Part shown: in pieces, positions 1 through 10,490 of the stretch
How positions within the stretch are numbered: position 1 is the stretch's first letter
How the letters are laid out: each line of letters starts with the position of its first letter
Assembly: GCA_963848295.1 (NCBI GenBank)
Contig: CAWKDB010000010.1
Location: forward strand, 3,808,001 to 3,872,000
Direction of reading: 5' to 3'
DNA from: an uncultured delta proteobacterium
Lineage (GTDB): Bacteria > Myxococcota_A > Polyangia > Haliangiales > Haliangiaceae
Length of the DNA: 64,000 nucleotides
Made by a program: the position numbers and the translations under genes
The notes under the pieces: generated by a model
What the model was told of the DNA's origin: nothing
What the model saw: the letters and a program-made list of their open reading frames with translations, nothing else
Database searches by the model: none

Positions 1-1272
1 TTGGAAACCGAGGAGCTGCCCGGGCCGCAGGGCGTCGTCGCTCCACTTCGTGCGCTCGATGGAGAATTGCTCTTCGTCGGCGCCGTCGTTGTGGAACGTC
101 ACGGCCGGCATCGTCGAGGCGCGCACGACCGTGCCGTCGGGGTGGTCTTGCCACGCCAGCTCGGCCGGACCGTCTTCGCTGACGTCGACGTACCAGCCAC
201 CGCGATGGCCCGCCCACACCGTGTAGCGCGCGGGGGCGAGCACCGGCTCGAGCGTCGCGGTCTCGCCGGGCTTGACCGTGCGCTGGACGCGGATGAAGTC
301 GCGCGTCGCCGGCTCGGCGCTGCAGTACAACCGCTCGGCGATCTCGCGGATCGACGGGTGGACGCGGAACGTGACCTCGACCGCCTCCGGTACGTCGGTC
401 GTGAAGTCGATCTGGCACGCCTCGCAGTGATTCTGCGCCGACAGGTTCGACATCTGCGTCGTCTCGTCTCGCATGCCGCGGCAGTGCGGGCAGATCGTGT
501 CCCACGACAAGTCGAGTAAGCCCGCGCGCGTCGCGTGCAGCGCGGTCTTCAGCAACTCGTACTCGTCGAGCTTCCACACGCGCGCACGCTCGCGGATCTG
601 AATGCGATGGAGATCGACGTCGTCGCCGGTGCGGATCCAATCGATCAGCGCGTCGACACACGCGATCGGCAGCATCTCGCCCACGAGTTGCTCGCGCAAC
701 GACCGCAACCGCGACTCGGCCTCTTCGGCGAGCTGCGGTGGTGGCGGCTCGAGCACCTCCGGCCGCAATCGATCGAGCTGCTTCGCGAGCGCCGGCAACA
801 CGCGATCGTAGGCGCGCTTGAGCGACGGGAGCCCGAGGCGCAATGCGATCGCTCCGAGCACACCGCGCGGCACGGCGCCGAAATAGAGATAGACGCGCGT
901 CCCGCTGTCGATCTTCTCGAGGTGATGGATCGCGTACATCACCTTCATGAACCCGCGGTCGTACAGGCGCACCGCGGTCAGCCATTGCTCGGCGACCCAG
1001 TTCCACGGCGGCTCGAGCCACTCGTGGCGAACGCCGCCGTTCTTCGAGCTGCCCCAGCGCTTGCCTTCCTTCTCGACGAAGGTCATCTCGGACAGGCCGA
1101 GCGCTCGATTCATCCGCGACGTGTCCGCGATGAACGGCCACAGCGCGTCGGGCGTCCCCGGGAGCTCGTAGATGAAGACGCGCTCGATGCGTTTCGCGTC
1201 GGCCCAGTTCGCCGGAAACGGAAACCGCTCGAGCAGCTGGGCGGTGGTCATCGGCGACGGCGTCGCAGCCAT
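1..1272 (-). CDS. DUF5939-domain protein, probable adenylate/guanylate cyclase (N-terminal part; runs off the window edge)
   Basis: Manually translated minus frame, absent from the ORF track because it has no stop in the window: MAATPSPMTT...LWPFIADTSRMNRALGL...LLDLSWDTICPHCRG...HCEACQIDF...VEVTFRVHPSIR. TATACT lies 10 nt upstream of the ATG. The cyclase domain itself is not visible. Confidence 0.7.
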   Translation of the reverse strand, partial: MAATPSPMTTAQLLERFPFPANWADAKRIERVFIYELPGTPDALWPFIADTSRMNRALGLSEMTFVEKEGKRWGSSKNGGVRHEWLEPPWNWVAEQWLTAVRLYDRGFMKVMYAIHHLEKIDSGTRVYLYFGAVPRGVLGAIALRLGLPSLKRAYDRVLPALAKQLDRLRPEVLEPPPPQLAEEAESRLRSLREQLVGEMLPIACVDALIDWIRTGDDVDLHRIQIRERARVWKLDEYELLKTALHATRAGLLDLSWDTICPHCRGMRDETTQMSNLSAQNHCEACQIDFTTDVPEAVEVTFRVHPSIREIAERLYCSAEPATRDFIRVQRTVKPGETATLEPVLAPARYTVWAGHRGGWYVDVSEDGPAELAWQDHPDGTVVRASTMPAVTFHNDGADEEQFSIERTKWSDDALRPGQLLGFQ

Positions 1273-1341
1273 GGGCGCGTGCAGTATACCCTTCCGTGGC
1301 GGGGGCGCGTCGCGAGGTCACGGAACGCGCTAAGATCGCGC

Positions 1342-1782
1342 GTGGCGTTGTTCGACGACATCGGAGCCGAGGCGCTGCGCGCGGTGATCACCGACTTTTA
1401 CAGTCGGGTGTTCCCCGACGTGATGATCGGGTTCATGTTCGCGGGCAAGGATCGCCAGCGGCTGATCGATAGAGAGTACGAGCTCGTCGCTGCGCTGCTC
1501 GGCGCCGGCATCAAGTACACCGGTCGGCCGATGCGTGCCGCGCACGCGCAGCACACGATCTTCGGCGGGCAGTTCGAGCGGCGTTTGCAGATCTTGCGCG
1601 AGACACTGCGCGATCATCACGTCGCCGAGCCGGTGCAGCGCGCTTGGCTCGAGCACACCGAGTCTCTGCGCTCGCAGATCACGCGCGACGCCGGCTCCGA
1701 GTGCGCGGATCCGGGACCGGGCTTGCGCCAGGCGCCGACGCCGCCCGATCCCGACGCGAAGATCAAGCTCGGCCGGCGGTGA
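1342..1782 (+). CDS. Group I truncated hemoglobin
   Basis: LFDDIGAEALRAVITDFYSRVFPDVMIGFMF...YTGRPMRAAH; GTG start inside ORF 535..1782. Confidence 0.8.
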   Translation: MALFDDIGAEALRAVITDFYSRVFPDVMIGFMFAGKDRQRLIDREYELVAALLGAGIKYTGRPMRAAHAQHTIFGGQFERRLQILRETLRDHHVAEPVQRAWLEHTESLRSQITRDAGSECADPGPGLRQAPTPPDPDAKIKLGRR

Positions 1783-1797
1783 TATAGTGGTCGATGG

Positions 1798-3246
1798 GTG
1801 ATCGGGCAATCGATAGGACACTTCAAGGTCGTGTCGCAGCTCGGTCGTGGCGGCATGGGAGAGGTGTTCGCTGGCGAGCACGAGAGCATCCAGACCCGCG
1901 TCGCGATCAAGGTGCTGCACGGCGATATCTCGCGCGACACCGATCACGTGCAGCGGTTCTTCAACGAAGCGAAGATCGTAGGCCGCATCAAGCACGCGGG
2001 GATCGTGAAGATCTTCGACGTCGGGTTCTTCGAGGGGCGCGCGTATCTCATCATGGAGCTGCTCGAGGGCGAGCCGCTGTCGGCGCGGATCGCGAGCGCC
2101 GGGTACCTGACCGCGCCGCAGGCGATCGATGCCGCCCGCCAGATCGCGAGCGTGCTCGACGCGACCCATCGCGCCGGCGTGATCCACCGCGATCTCAAAC
2201 CCGACAACATCTTTCTCGTTCCGGACCACGAGCTCGCGAGCGGCGAGCGGGTGAAGGTCCTCGACTTCGGGATCTCGAAGCTCTCGGGTACGCTCGCGGG
2301 ATCATCGCCGGCCACGATCGGCACGATGGGCACGCCGCAATACATGGCTCCGGAGCAATGGGGCGATTCGGCGCAGGTCGACTGGCGCGCCGACGCGTAC
2401 TCGCTGGGCTGCGTCGTGTTCGAGATGGTCACCGGGCGACCGCCGTTCGAGGTCAAGACGATCGCCGAGGCCTGTGCGAAGCACCTGCACGCGGAGCCGC
2501 CGTCGCCGCGGGTGTTCAACGCCGATGTCCCGACCGAGGTCGAGCAACTGGTGTTGCGCTTGCTCGCGAAGAACCGCGAGCAGCGCGCGTCGTCGATGGC
2601 GGACGTCGCACGTCAGCTCGATGCGATCGCCGGGCGGCCGAGCTCGCCGAGCCAGCCGGCAATCCCGAGCGCGACGCCGCGGTCGCCGCTCGACACGGTG
2701 ACGACGCTCGGCGGCAGCGCGGCGGAGCTCCGCGCACCTGCACGGCGCGGGCGGGGCGCCTTGATTGGAGGGCTCGCGGCGGCGGCGGTCGTGATCGCGG
2801 TGCTCGTCGTCGCGCTCACGCGCTCGGGCGCGCACGATGTGGAGACGCCGACGCCGGCACCGGCACCGGCACCGGCATCGGCAGCGGCGACGGTTCCGGC
2901 TCCGGCTCCGGCGACGGCAGCGGCAACGGCTCCGGCGACGGCAGCGGCAGCGGCATCGGTTCCGGCGACGGCAGCGGCAACGGTTCCGGCGACGGCAGCG
3001 GCAGCGGCAGCGGCGACGGTTCCGGCGACGGCAGCGGTTCCGGCGACGGCAGCGGCAGCGGCAACGGTTCCGGCGGCGGTTCCGGAGACCGCATCGGCAC
3101 CGGTCCCGGTCACGGCACCGATCGTCGTCCATCATCATCGTGTCCCGGTGCCGGCTCACGCAGGCGCGGGTTCCGCCGCGCCGACGCCGACGCCGAAGTC
3201 GCCGCCGTCGACCAGGCCGCCGGACAGCATGGGTGGGCGGACGTGA
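1798..3246 (+). CDS. Membrane Ser/Thr protein kinase with Ala/Pro/Thr-rich C-terminal tail
   Basis: GRGGMGEV, VAIK, HRDLKPDN, DFG, APE motifs; TM segment ALIGGLAAAAVVIAVLVVAL. Confidence 0.95.
   Translation: MIGQSIGHFKVVSQLGRGGMGEVFAGEHESIQTRVAIKVLHGDISRDTDHVQRFFNEAKIVGRIKHAGIVKIFDVGFFEGRAYLIMELLEGEPLSARIASAGYLTAPQAIDAARQIASVLDATHRAGVIHRDLKPDNIFLVPDHELASGERVKVLDFGISKLSGTLAGSSPATIGTMGTPQYMAPEQWGDSAQVDWRADAYSLGCVVFEMVTGRPPFEVKTIAEACAKHLHAEPPSPRVFNADVPTEVEQLVLRLLAKNREQRASSMADVARQLDAIAGRPSSPSQPAIPSATPRSPLDTVTTLGGSAAELRAPARRGRGALIGGLAAAAVVIAVLVVALTRSGAHDVETPTPAPAPAPASAAATVPAPAPATAAATAPATAAAAASVPATAAATVPATAAAAAAATVPATAAVPATAAAAATVPAAVPETASAPVPVTAPIVVHHHRVPVPAHAGAGSAAPTPTPKSPPSTRPPDSMGGRT
2845..3120 (+). 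repeat. Low-complexity tandem repeat (ccggcgacggcagcggca-like units) in the kinase tail
   Basis: Repeated units encoding (V/A)PATAAA. Confidence 0.85.
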
Positions 3247-4658
3247 AGCGGCTCGCACTCGGCGCGCTGGTGTTCGTCGCGACACCGGCTCGGGCCGATG
3301 TCGCGACCGCCGAGGTCGCATATCAGCAGGCCGAGGCCATGGTGAAGCAAGGCCGGTGGACCGACGCGTGCCCGCTCTACGACGCCAGCTACCGCGCGGA
3401 TCCTCAGCTCGGCGTGTTGCTGCACCTCGCCGATTGTCACGAGCACGTCGGCATGAATGCGACCGCGTGGGCCGAGTTCAACGACGCGGTCGAGCTCGCC
3501 CACCGCCGTGGCGATGCCCGCGAAGCGTACGCGGCGGGCCGCGCCGATACGATCAAGCCGAAGCTCGCGAAGCTCCACCTGTCGCCGCCGCCGCAGGTCG
3601 TGCCCGGGCTCGTCGTGCGCCGCGACGGCGTCGACATCACGGTGCTGGTCGGCACCGACATCGCGATCGATCCCGGCGCGCACGAGGTAGTCGCGACCGC
3701 GCCGGGCTTTCTCGAGTGGCGCCACCAGCTCACGATCGGCGTGCTCGCGACGGTCACCTCGATCGACATCCCGCAACTGGAGAAGCAACCGGAGCACGTC
3801 GTCGCGCCGGCCGCACCGGACGTGCACGAGGGCACGCTACGCGTCACGACCGCGCCCGGCGCGGTGATCGAGCTCGACGATCACCAGGTCGCGGTCGGTC
3901 ACTACGAGGCCAAGCTCCCATCCGGCGAGCACCGGTTGCACGTCGCCGCACCGGGCATGCGGCCGTTCGAGTCGGAGCTCGTGATCCAGGACAACGAGGT
4001 CAGGTCGATCGACGTCCCACTCGAGCGCGACGTCGCGATCGCGACTCCGGTCGCCGTCGAGCCACCCGGGCCGGGCCTCGAGCTCGGCGTCAGCGTGGTC
4101 CCCGGCGTCAAGCTGCGCGCCGACCGGCCGGCGGTGCTCGCGTATCGCGCCGACCTCGGGTTCTTCAAGGGCCGGCGCACCCGGCTCGGGTTCTATGTCC
4201 AGTACGGCACGATCGACGCGAGCGGGTCGTGTGGCACCGACATCGCCGGCCCGTCCGGCACCGGCCCATTTGATTTCGGTGAACGCAACCGGTTCCTCAA
4301 GTGCCAGTACGTGACGCCCGGCCTGGAGTTGCTCGTCCACGTGCTGCCGAAGCGGCGCTGGGATCCGTACGCGGGGATCTCGCCTGGCTTTCGGTTCGGC
4401 TTCTACAAGTACGACCAGTACGACGCGACCGGCGCGCTCGCGCAACAGCGCAACGAGATCATGCCGGCGGTCGTCGTCGGCGGCAACGTCGGGGTCGACT
4501 ATCACCCGACCGAGAGCTTCGCCGGTTGGGTCGTCGGGGTGGCGATCGACGCCGAGCTGACCGCGTTCGGTCAGGAACAAGCGTCGAACGCCTCGCACAG
4601 CAGCGGGACGACGTACCTCAGCCTGTACGGCGGGCTGCGCACGGCGGTGGCGTTCTGA
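3243..4658 (+). CDS. Secreted TPR + PEGA domain protein
   Basis: GTG overlaps the kinase stop; signal peptide, TPR-like helix pair (ACPLYDASYRADPQLGVLLHLADC), PEGA-like segments, beta-strand-rich C-terminus ending in F. Confidence 0.8.
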   Translation: MKRLALGALVFVATPARADVATAEVAYQQAEAMVKQGRWTDACPLYDASYRADPQLGVLLHLADCHEHVGMNATAWAEFNDAVELAHRRGDAREAYAAGRADTIKPKLAKLHLSPPPQVVPGLVVRRDGVDITVLVGTDIAIDPGAHEVVATAPGFLEWRHQLTIGVLATVTSIDIPQLEKQPEHVVAPAAPDVHEGTLRVTTAPGAVIELDDHQVAVGHYEAKLPSGEHRLHVAAPGMRPFESELVIQDNEVRSIDVPLERDVAIATPVAVEPPGPGLELGVSVVPGVKLRADRPAVLAYRADLGFFKGRRTRLGFYVQYGTIDASGSCGTDIAGPSGTGPFDFGERNRFLKCQYVTPGLELLVHVLPKRRWDPYAGISPGFRFGFYKYDQYDATGALAQQRNEIMPAVVVGGNVGVDYHPTESFAGWVVGVAIDAELTAFGQEQASNASHSSGTTYLSLYGGLRTAVAF

Positions 4659-5899
4659 TGCGGGCGCTCGCGCTGGTCGTCGTCGGCTCGACCGCGGCCT
4701 GCTTCGGCGCGGGGCCGTCGCCGACGCGGAGCGCGGACGCGACGATCGTCTTTGCGTTGCACGAGCCGCCGCAGAGCGGGGACTCGAACCAGCCATGCAG
4801 TGGCGACTGGAGGTACGTCGGCTCGGTCGCGTTCGCCGCCGGGTCCGGCTACGCGCTGCCGATGCCGTACCCCGGCGACCACTGTCAGGACGACAGTCAG
4901 GGTGGCTCGACCTCGATGATCGCGGTCACCGCCTTCGATCTCGCCGGTGGCGACGTCAAAGGGACTCCGGGTGTGGAGCTGACGATCCAAGGCCAGGCAC
5001 GACCTCGCGTCGCGGTCAGTCCGAACGGGATGCTCGCGACGGCGTTCACCACGCCGAACATGGGCAACGATCTGACCGTCGCGCTCGGCGCGGCGACCGC
5101 CACGATCAGCCCGGGCTCGGTCACCAACGGCAGCTTCGACCTTCGCGGCCTGGTCGCCGACGACGATGCCGTATGGATCGCCGCGGTCGCGAGCAGCGGC
5201 GGGGCGGTCACGGATCCGAATAGCCCGGACTATCCGGGCGGCAATCAGGACTCGAGCGCGACGAGCTCCGCGTTCGTCCAGGTGGACCCGGCGACCGCGG
5301 CGGTGACGACCGCGGCCTCCGTCGACTTCGACGGCGAATACATGAAGCAAGTCCTGGTCGGCAATCCGACCGCGCTGTACTTCGTGGTCACCGGCGACAA
5401 TGGCGATGTTGCGGAGGTGATGGCGTATCCGCGCGGCGGCACGGCGACCTCGATCGGCTCGATCCCGGGAGATCTCGCCAACGACGTCGTGCCGATGGGG
5501 CTCGCGGCGAATGCGGGGAACGTCGCGTTTGCCGCGGCGGTCGCCGCGGGGGATGCACAGCCGGGATGCTGGATCTGGTTGTCCGACGGGACCAACCCCG
5601 CAGCTTCCGTGCTGTCGACGACCCGGTTCGCGTGCTCCGACATCGCGCTCGACGGCGACCATGTCTACTTCACGATCGTCGGCATCGACTCGGACGACCA
5701 GCAGCTCGAGGGCCTCGGGCTCGGCCGGGTGACGTTCGACGGCGCGACGGTCGAGACGATGGCGCTCCAGCTCAGCGGCTACACCGGCGCGCGGCGCGTG
5801 CATGTCGACGGCTCCGGCAAGCTCTACGCGATCGATCCGAAAGTGATCGGCGAGCTCGCGGCCGACGCGCTCGCCGGTCGTTCCGACTTCGCATACTAA
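4658..5899 (+). CDS. Hypothetical lipoprotein (beta-propeller-like)
   Basis: ATG overlaps the upstream TGA; lipobox-like MRALALVVVGSTAAC. Confidence 0.7.
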   Translation: MRALALVVVGSTAACFGAGPSPTRSADATIVFALHEPPQSGDSNQPCSGDWRYVGSVAFAAGSGYALPMPYPGDHCQDDSQGGSTSMIAVTAFDLAGGDVKGTPGVELTIQGQARPRVAVSPNGMLATAFTTPNMGNDLTVALGAATATISPGSVTNGSFDLRGLVADDDAVWIAAVASSGGAVTDPNSPDYPGGNQDSSATSSAFVQVDPATAAVTTAASVDFDGEYMKQVLVGNPTALYFVVTGDNGDVAEVMAYPRGGTATSIGSIPGDLANDVVPMGLAANAGNVAFAAAVAAGDAQPGCWIWLSDGTNPAASVLSTTRFACSDIALDGDHVYFTIVGIDSDDQQLEGLGLGRVTFDGATVETMALQLSGYTGARRVHVDGSGKLYAIDPKVIGELAADALAGRSDFAY

Positions 5900-5911
5900 G
5901 ACTCACCAAGA

Positions 5912-7699
5912 CTAGGCTTGGCCGGCGGTGGTCGCGCGACCGGGTCGATGCCACGCGCGCGCGGCGAAGATGATGACCTCGACGAGCAAGATCAGCGCGA
6001 CATCGATCGCGGCGCAGGCGACCGCGACTTGCACGGCGGGGATCAGCACGAGCCACACCGGGCCGGGCACGATCGTGTACGGCGCGGGGAAGAACGCCCA
6101 CAGTAGTCCGGCCGGCACCATCGCGAGCACGAGCCCGACGATCGCGATGCCGTTCGCGGCGGCGAGCCGCTGCGCCAACGTCCGGTACGAGCGCAACGCC
6201 CACAAGCTCGCGGCGAGCTGGACGATCATCGCGGCGACGCCGTACTTCACCATCGTCGCGGCGAGGTGGCCCTGCGCCGGCAGCAGCGACGGCGAGAACC
6301 GCTGGCCGAGCGTGCCGAGCAACGCGTAGTACACGACAAAGAACGCCGGCACCGACACGAGCAAGACGCGCCAGTCGAACCGGAGCACGCGGCGGCGGAC
6401 GAGCAGCAGCGCCAGCACGATCGCGGCGAGCACGCCACCGGCCACCAACGCGAGTCGCTCGGCTCGGGTTTGCAGCTCTTCGGTCTTCGCTCGCGCGGTC
6501 GCGCCGGCGACGATGCTGCGCGTCGCGGTCAGCCGTTGCGTGTCGGCCGCGTAACGCGCCGCGACCTGATCGCGATCGAGCTCGAGCAGCTCGCTCAACG
6601 TATGGCCGAGGCCGTGACCCGGGGCCGGGATCCCGAGCAGCGCCGAGACCGTCGGCGCGAGGTCGATGAGGTGAGCGTCGTCGGCCGCGGCGCCCGGGCG
6701 AATGCCGGCTCCGGCCGCGACCAGCGGCACCGCGAGCACCTCGGGTTCGACGCCGCCATGGCCGCCCCGCCCGGTATGACCGTGATCGGCGGTCACGATG
6801 ATCGCGTCTCGCGCGAGGTCGACGTGGCCGAGTGCGCGAGCGAGTGCGCGATCCGAGGTCTCGGCCGCCGCGCGATACTCCGCGCTGTCACCACCGTGCG
6901 CGTGGCCCGCGGCATCGACCGCGCCGACGAGCAACACGACGAGATCCGCGTCGCTCGCGGCGAGCGCGGCGCCGGCTTCCGAGAACCCACCCGGCCACGG
7001 CGTGTAGCGCGCGTCATCGAACGGCGACACGAGGTTCGCATCCGGCGAGCGCACGGCGGCCGGAGGCAACGGCTGCTCGAGCGCATCGAGGTCGAGCTCC
7101 TCGCGCTGGCCATCGTCGATCGCGAGATCATCGTCGTCGAGGCTCGACGACGGGGGCGGCGCCTCCGGCCCGGGCTTGCGCGGTCGCAAGAACAGCCGGG
7201 GCAGCACGTCGTAGTCGGTGCCGACCGCGACCTTCAAGCCGGCGGCCTTGGCGCGATCCATCAGCGAGTCGAGCAGGACCGGCGTCGAGTGATGGTTCGT
7301 GCGCACGCCGCTGTAGCTCGGCGGTACGCCGGTCAGGATCGAGACGTAGTTCGGTCGCGACCACGTCGGATAGTGCGACGACGCCGCGCTATCGACACCG
7401 CGGCGGCGCAGCTCGTCGAGAAACGGCAGCTCGTACGACTTGTCGAGCCGCAGGCCATCGACGATCACGAGGAAGACGCGGCGTGCGAGTCGCGGCGTGT
7501 GCGGATCGACGATCGTCGGCGGGGTCTTCGCGAGCGCCGGCTCGGCCTCTTCGAGGTCGAACATGAAGTCCGCGCCGGCCAGCCCCGCCTTGACCGCGCC
7601 GACGGCGCCGAGCACCACGAGCGCGAGCGCCGCGATCACGACCTGTCGGGTCGAAGCGGTTCGCCGCTTCTCTGGGACCTGCAACGACGCCACCCCCAA
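5912..7699 (-). CDS. Alkaline-phosphatase-superfamily membrane protein
   Basis: VIVDGLR, PTWSRPNY, DAAGH, TADHGH, GGHGG metal-binding motifs; C-terminal TM helices. Confidence 0.8.
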   Translation of the reverse strand: MGVASLQVPEKRRTASTRQVVIAALALVVLGAVGAVKAGLAGADFMFDLEEAEPALAKTPPTIVDPHTPRLARRVFLVIVDGLRLDKSYELPFLDELRRRGVDSAASSHYPTWSRPNYVSILTGVPPSYSGVRTNHHSTPVLLDSLMDRAKAAGLKVAVGTDYDVLPRLFLRPRKPGPEAPPPSSSLDDDDLAIDDGQREELDLDALEQPLPPAAVRSPDANLVSPFDDARYTPWPGGFSEAGAALAASDADLVVLLVGAVDAAGHAHGGDSAEYRAAAETSDRALARALGHVDLARDAIIVTADHGHTGRGGHGGVEPEVLAVPLVAAGAGIRPGAAADDAHLIDLAPTVSALLGIPAPGHGLGHTLSELLELDRDQVAARYAADTQRLTATRSIVAGATARAKTEELQTRAERLALVAGGVLAAIVLALLLVRRRVLRFDWRVLLVSVPAFFVVYYALLGTLGQRFSPSLLPAQGHLAATMVKYGVAAMIVQLAASLWALRSYRTLAQRLAAANGIAIVGLVLAMVPAGLLWAFFPAPYTIVPGPVWLVLIPAVQVAVACAAIDVALILLVEVIIFAARAWHRPGRATTAGQA

Positions 7700-7764
7700 G
7701 GTTAGCAGACCCTGCTATAGATGAAGAAGCATGTGGTACTTGGGCTCCGTCCCTGCGAGGACCC

Positions 7765-9174
7765 ATGAGTGAGCTCAAAGTCATAGGCCACGAGCCGATC
7801 AAGCACCTCAAGCCGCGGGTCGATCCGTCGACGCTGCATCACCGCCAGCTCCTCGACGGCGCGTTCTGGAAGCGCATTCCCGCGTATCGCGACGTCGACG
7901 AAGCGACGTTCCTCGACCACAGCTGGCAAGCGAAGCACTCGATCACGAACCCCGCGAAGTTGCTCGCTGCGGTTCAGGATCTCGTGCCGCAGGCGTTCTA
8001 CGACGACGTGATCGAAGGCTTCAAGCGGGCGCCGATGTCGATCCGCGTGTCGCCGTACTTGCTGTCGCTGATCGATTGGACCGATCCGTACAACGATCCG
8101 CTGCGCCGCCAGTTCGTGCCGGTCGCGTCGAAGCTGTTCCCCGATCATCCGAAGCTCACGCTCGACTCGCTGCACGAGCAAGCCGATGCGCCGGTCGCGG
8201 GCCTCACGCATCGCTACCCGGACAAGGCGCTGTTCCTCACGCTCGACACGTGTCCGGTGTACTGCCGATTTTGCACGCGCAGCTACGCGGTCGGGGTCGA
8301 TACCGACGAGGTCGAGAAGGTCTCGCTCAAGGCGACCGAAGACCGCTGGGCGCACGCGTTCCAGTACATCGGCGAGCGGATCGAGCTCGAGGACATCGTC
8401 GTGTCGGGCGGCGACAGTTATCAGCTCAAGGCGCGGCAGATCACGCTGATCGGCAACAAGCTGCTCGAGATGCCGAACATCCGGCGCATCCGGTTCGCGA
8501 CGAAGGGCCCGGCGGTGATGCCGATGAAGCTCATCACCGATACCGAATGGCTCGACGCGTTGACCGCCGTCGTCGAGCGCGGTCGCAAGCTGCACAAAGA
8601 AGTCGTGCTGCACACGCACTTCAACCATCCCAACGAGATCACCGCGATCACGAAGCGCGCGCTCGACGGCGTGTTCGAGCGTGGCATCATCACGCGCAAC
8701 CAATCGGTGTTGCAGCGCGGCGTCAACGACACGGTCGAGACGATGCAATTGCTCGTCAAGCGGCTCGGTCACTGCCAGGTCCATCCGTACTACGTCTACG
8801 TCCACGACCTCGTGAAGGGCGTCGAGGATCTGCGCACGACGCTGCAAACCGCGCTGGATATCGAGAAGGCCGTGCGCGGCGTGACCGCGGGCTTTCACAC
8901 GCCGACGTTCGTCGTCGACGCACCGGGCGGCGGCGGCAAGCGAGTCGCGCACAGCTTCGAGCACTACGATCGCGACACCGGGGTCTCGGTGTTCGCCGCG
9001 CCGTCGGTCAAGCCCGGGTTCTTTGTCTACTTCGATCCGGTCGATACGCTCGCGCCCGCGATCCAGCAGCGCTGGAAGGATCCGGCGGAGCAGCAGAAGA
9101 TGGTCGACTCGGCGATCGCGGCGGCGGAAGTGACGCGGCGCGAGACGGCACACGCGAGCTCCGTCCCGCACTGA
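7765..9174 (+). CDS. kamA: KamA-family radical SAM aminomutase (lysine 2,3-aminomutase-like)
   Basis: HRYPDKAL, CPVYCRFC, SGGD, HFNHPNE, NQSVL, DAPGGGGK. Confidence 0.85.
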   Translation: MSELKVIGHEPIKHLKPRVDPSTLHHRQLLDGAFWKRIPAYRDVDEATFLDHSWQAKHSITNPAKLLAAVQDLVPQAFYDDVIEGFKRAPMSIRVSPYLLSLIDWTDPYNDPLRRQFVPVASKLFPDHPKLTLDSLHEQADAPVAGLTHRYPDKALFLTLDTCPVYCRFCTRSYAVGVDTDEVEKVSLKATEDRWAHAFQYIGERIELEDIVVSGGDSYQLKARQITLIGNKLLEMPNIRRIRFATKGPAVMPMKLITDTEWLDALTAVVERGRKLHKEVVLHTHFNHPNEITAITKRALDGVFERGIITRNQSVLQRGVNDTVETMQLLVKRLGHCQVHPYYVYVHDLVKGVEDLRTTLQTALDIEKAVRGVTAGFHTPTFVVDAPGGGGKRVAHSFEHYDRDTGVSVFAAPSVKPGFFVYFDPVDTLAPAIQQRWKDPAEQQKMVDSAIAAAEVTRRETAHASSVPH

Positions 9175-9204
9175 CTTGTCACATCGTCGTGCTACGCGAT
9201 CGGG

Positions 9205-10404
9205 ATGACGATCTCGATCGGTACGGCCAAGAGTCCTCACGCGACGCGCGTCTTGATGCTCGGTTCCGGCGAGCTCGGCAAAGAGGTCGTGATCGAGCTC
9301 CAACGGTTCGGGGTCGAGGTGATCGCGTGCGATCGCTACGCCGATGCGCCGGCGATGCAGGTCGCTCATCGCAGCCATGTCTTCGACATGCTCGATCGCG
9401 CCGCGTTGCGCGCGGTGGTCGAACGCGAGAAGCCGCACCTGATCGTGCCGGAGATCGAGGCGATCGCGACGCCCGAGCTGGTGGCGCTCGAGGCCGAGGG
9501 CTGGACCGTGATCCCGACCGCAGAAGCAGCGCGGCTCACGATGGATCGCGAGGCGATCCGGCGAGTCGCGGCCGAGCAGCTCGATCTGCCGACCGCGCGC
9601 TATCAATTCGCCGACACGTTCGACGAGCTGCGCGCCGCATCGCGCGCGCTCGGTTGGCCGGTCGTGATCAAGCCGGTGATGAGCAGCTCGGGCAAGGGCC
9701 AATCGGTCGCCAAGAGCGAAGCCGACCTCGAGCACGGCTGGCAGTACGCGCAGACCGGCGGCCGGACCGGCGCCGGCCGCGTGATCGTCGAAGAGTTCAT
9801 CCAGTTCGATAGCGAGATCACGATGCTGACCGTGCGGTCGGCGAGCGGCACGGCGTTCTGCGATCCGATCGGCCATCGCCAGGTCGGCGGCGACTACGTC
9901 GAGAGCTGGCAACCGCACGCGATGACCGCACTCCAAGTCGAGCGCTCGCAGGCGATCGCGAAGCGGATCACCGATCGGCTCGGCGGTCGCGGCCTGTTCG
10001 GCGTCGAGCTATTCCTGTGCCCGGGCGACAAGGTCATGTTCAGCGAGGTCTCGCCGCGGCCGCACGACACCGGCATGGTCACGATGGCGACCCAGACGTG
10101 GAGCGAGTTCGCACTGCACGCCCGCGCGATCCTCGGCTTGCCGATCGCGGCGATCCGTCGCCACGCCGCGGGCGCGTCGGTCGCGCTGCGCGCGGACGCG
10201 AAGCTCGAGTCGCCGATGATCGAGGGCCTCGCCGAGGCGTATGCGGTGCCGGACATCGACGTTCGATTCTTCGCCAAGCCGACCGCGGGCCCGAAGCGCC
10301 GGCTCGGCGTGGTGCTCGCGACCGCCGCGACCGCGGAGGCCGCGCTCGCGAAGGCGAAGCAAGTCGCGGGGCTCGTCCGACTGCGCGACGCCAACGTCAA
10401 CTGA
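9205..10404 (+). CDS. purT: Formate-dependent phosphoribosylglycinamide formyltransferase
   Basis: [43 protein letters not shown]. Confidence 0.95.
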   Translation: MTISIGTAKSPHATRVLMLGSGELGKEVVIELQRFGVEVIACDRYADAPAMQVAHRSHVFDMLDRAALRAVVEREKPHLIVPEIEAIATPELVALEAEGWTVIPTAEAARLTMDREAIRRVAAEQLDLPTARYQFADTFDELRAASRALGWPVVIKPVMSSSGKGQSVAKSEADLEHGWQYAQTGGRTGAGRVIVEEFIQFDSEITMLTVRSASGTAFCDPIGHRQVGGDYVESWQPHAMTALQVERSQAIAKRITDRLGGRGLFGVELFLCPGDKVMFSEVSPRPHDTGMVTMATQTWSEFALHARAILGLPIAAIRRHAAGASVALRADAKLESPMIEGLAEAYAVPDIDVRFFAKPTAGPKRRLGVVLATAATAEAALAKAKQVAGLVRLRDANVN

Positions 10405-10490
10405 GCCCGTCCTCCGCTCCGCGGCGGAGCCGATCGCCGGGTCACATTCGCGGTTGTAGCGCACGTGTAACGTCTGTAGTGTCCGCGGCC

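Noticed and set aside
1794..3242. GSGSGD-rich N-terminal half of the 954-aa ORF and the Arg-rich ORF 2837..4273
   Set aside because: Shadow frames of the kinase repeat; the real PEGA gene starts at GTG 3243.
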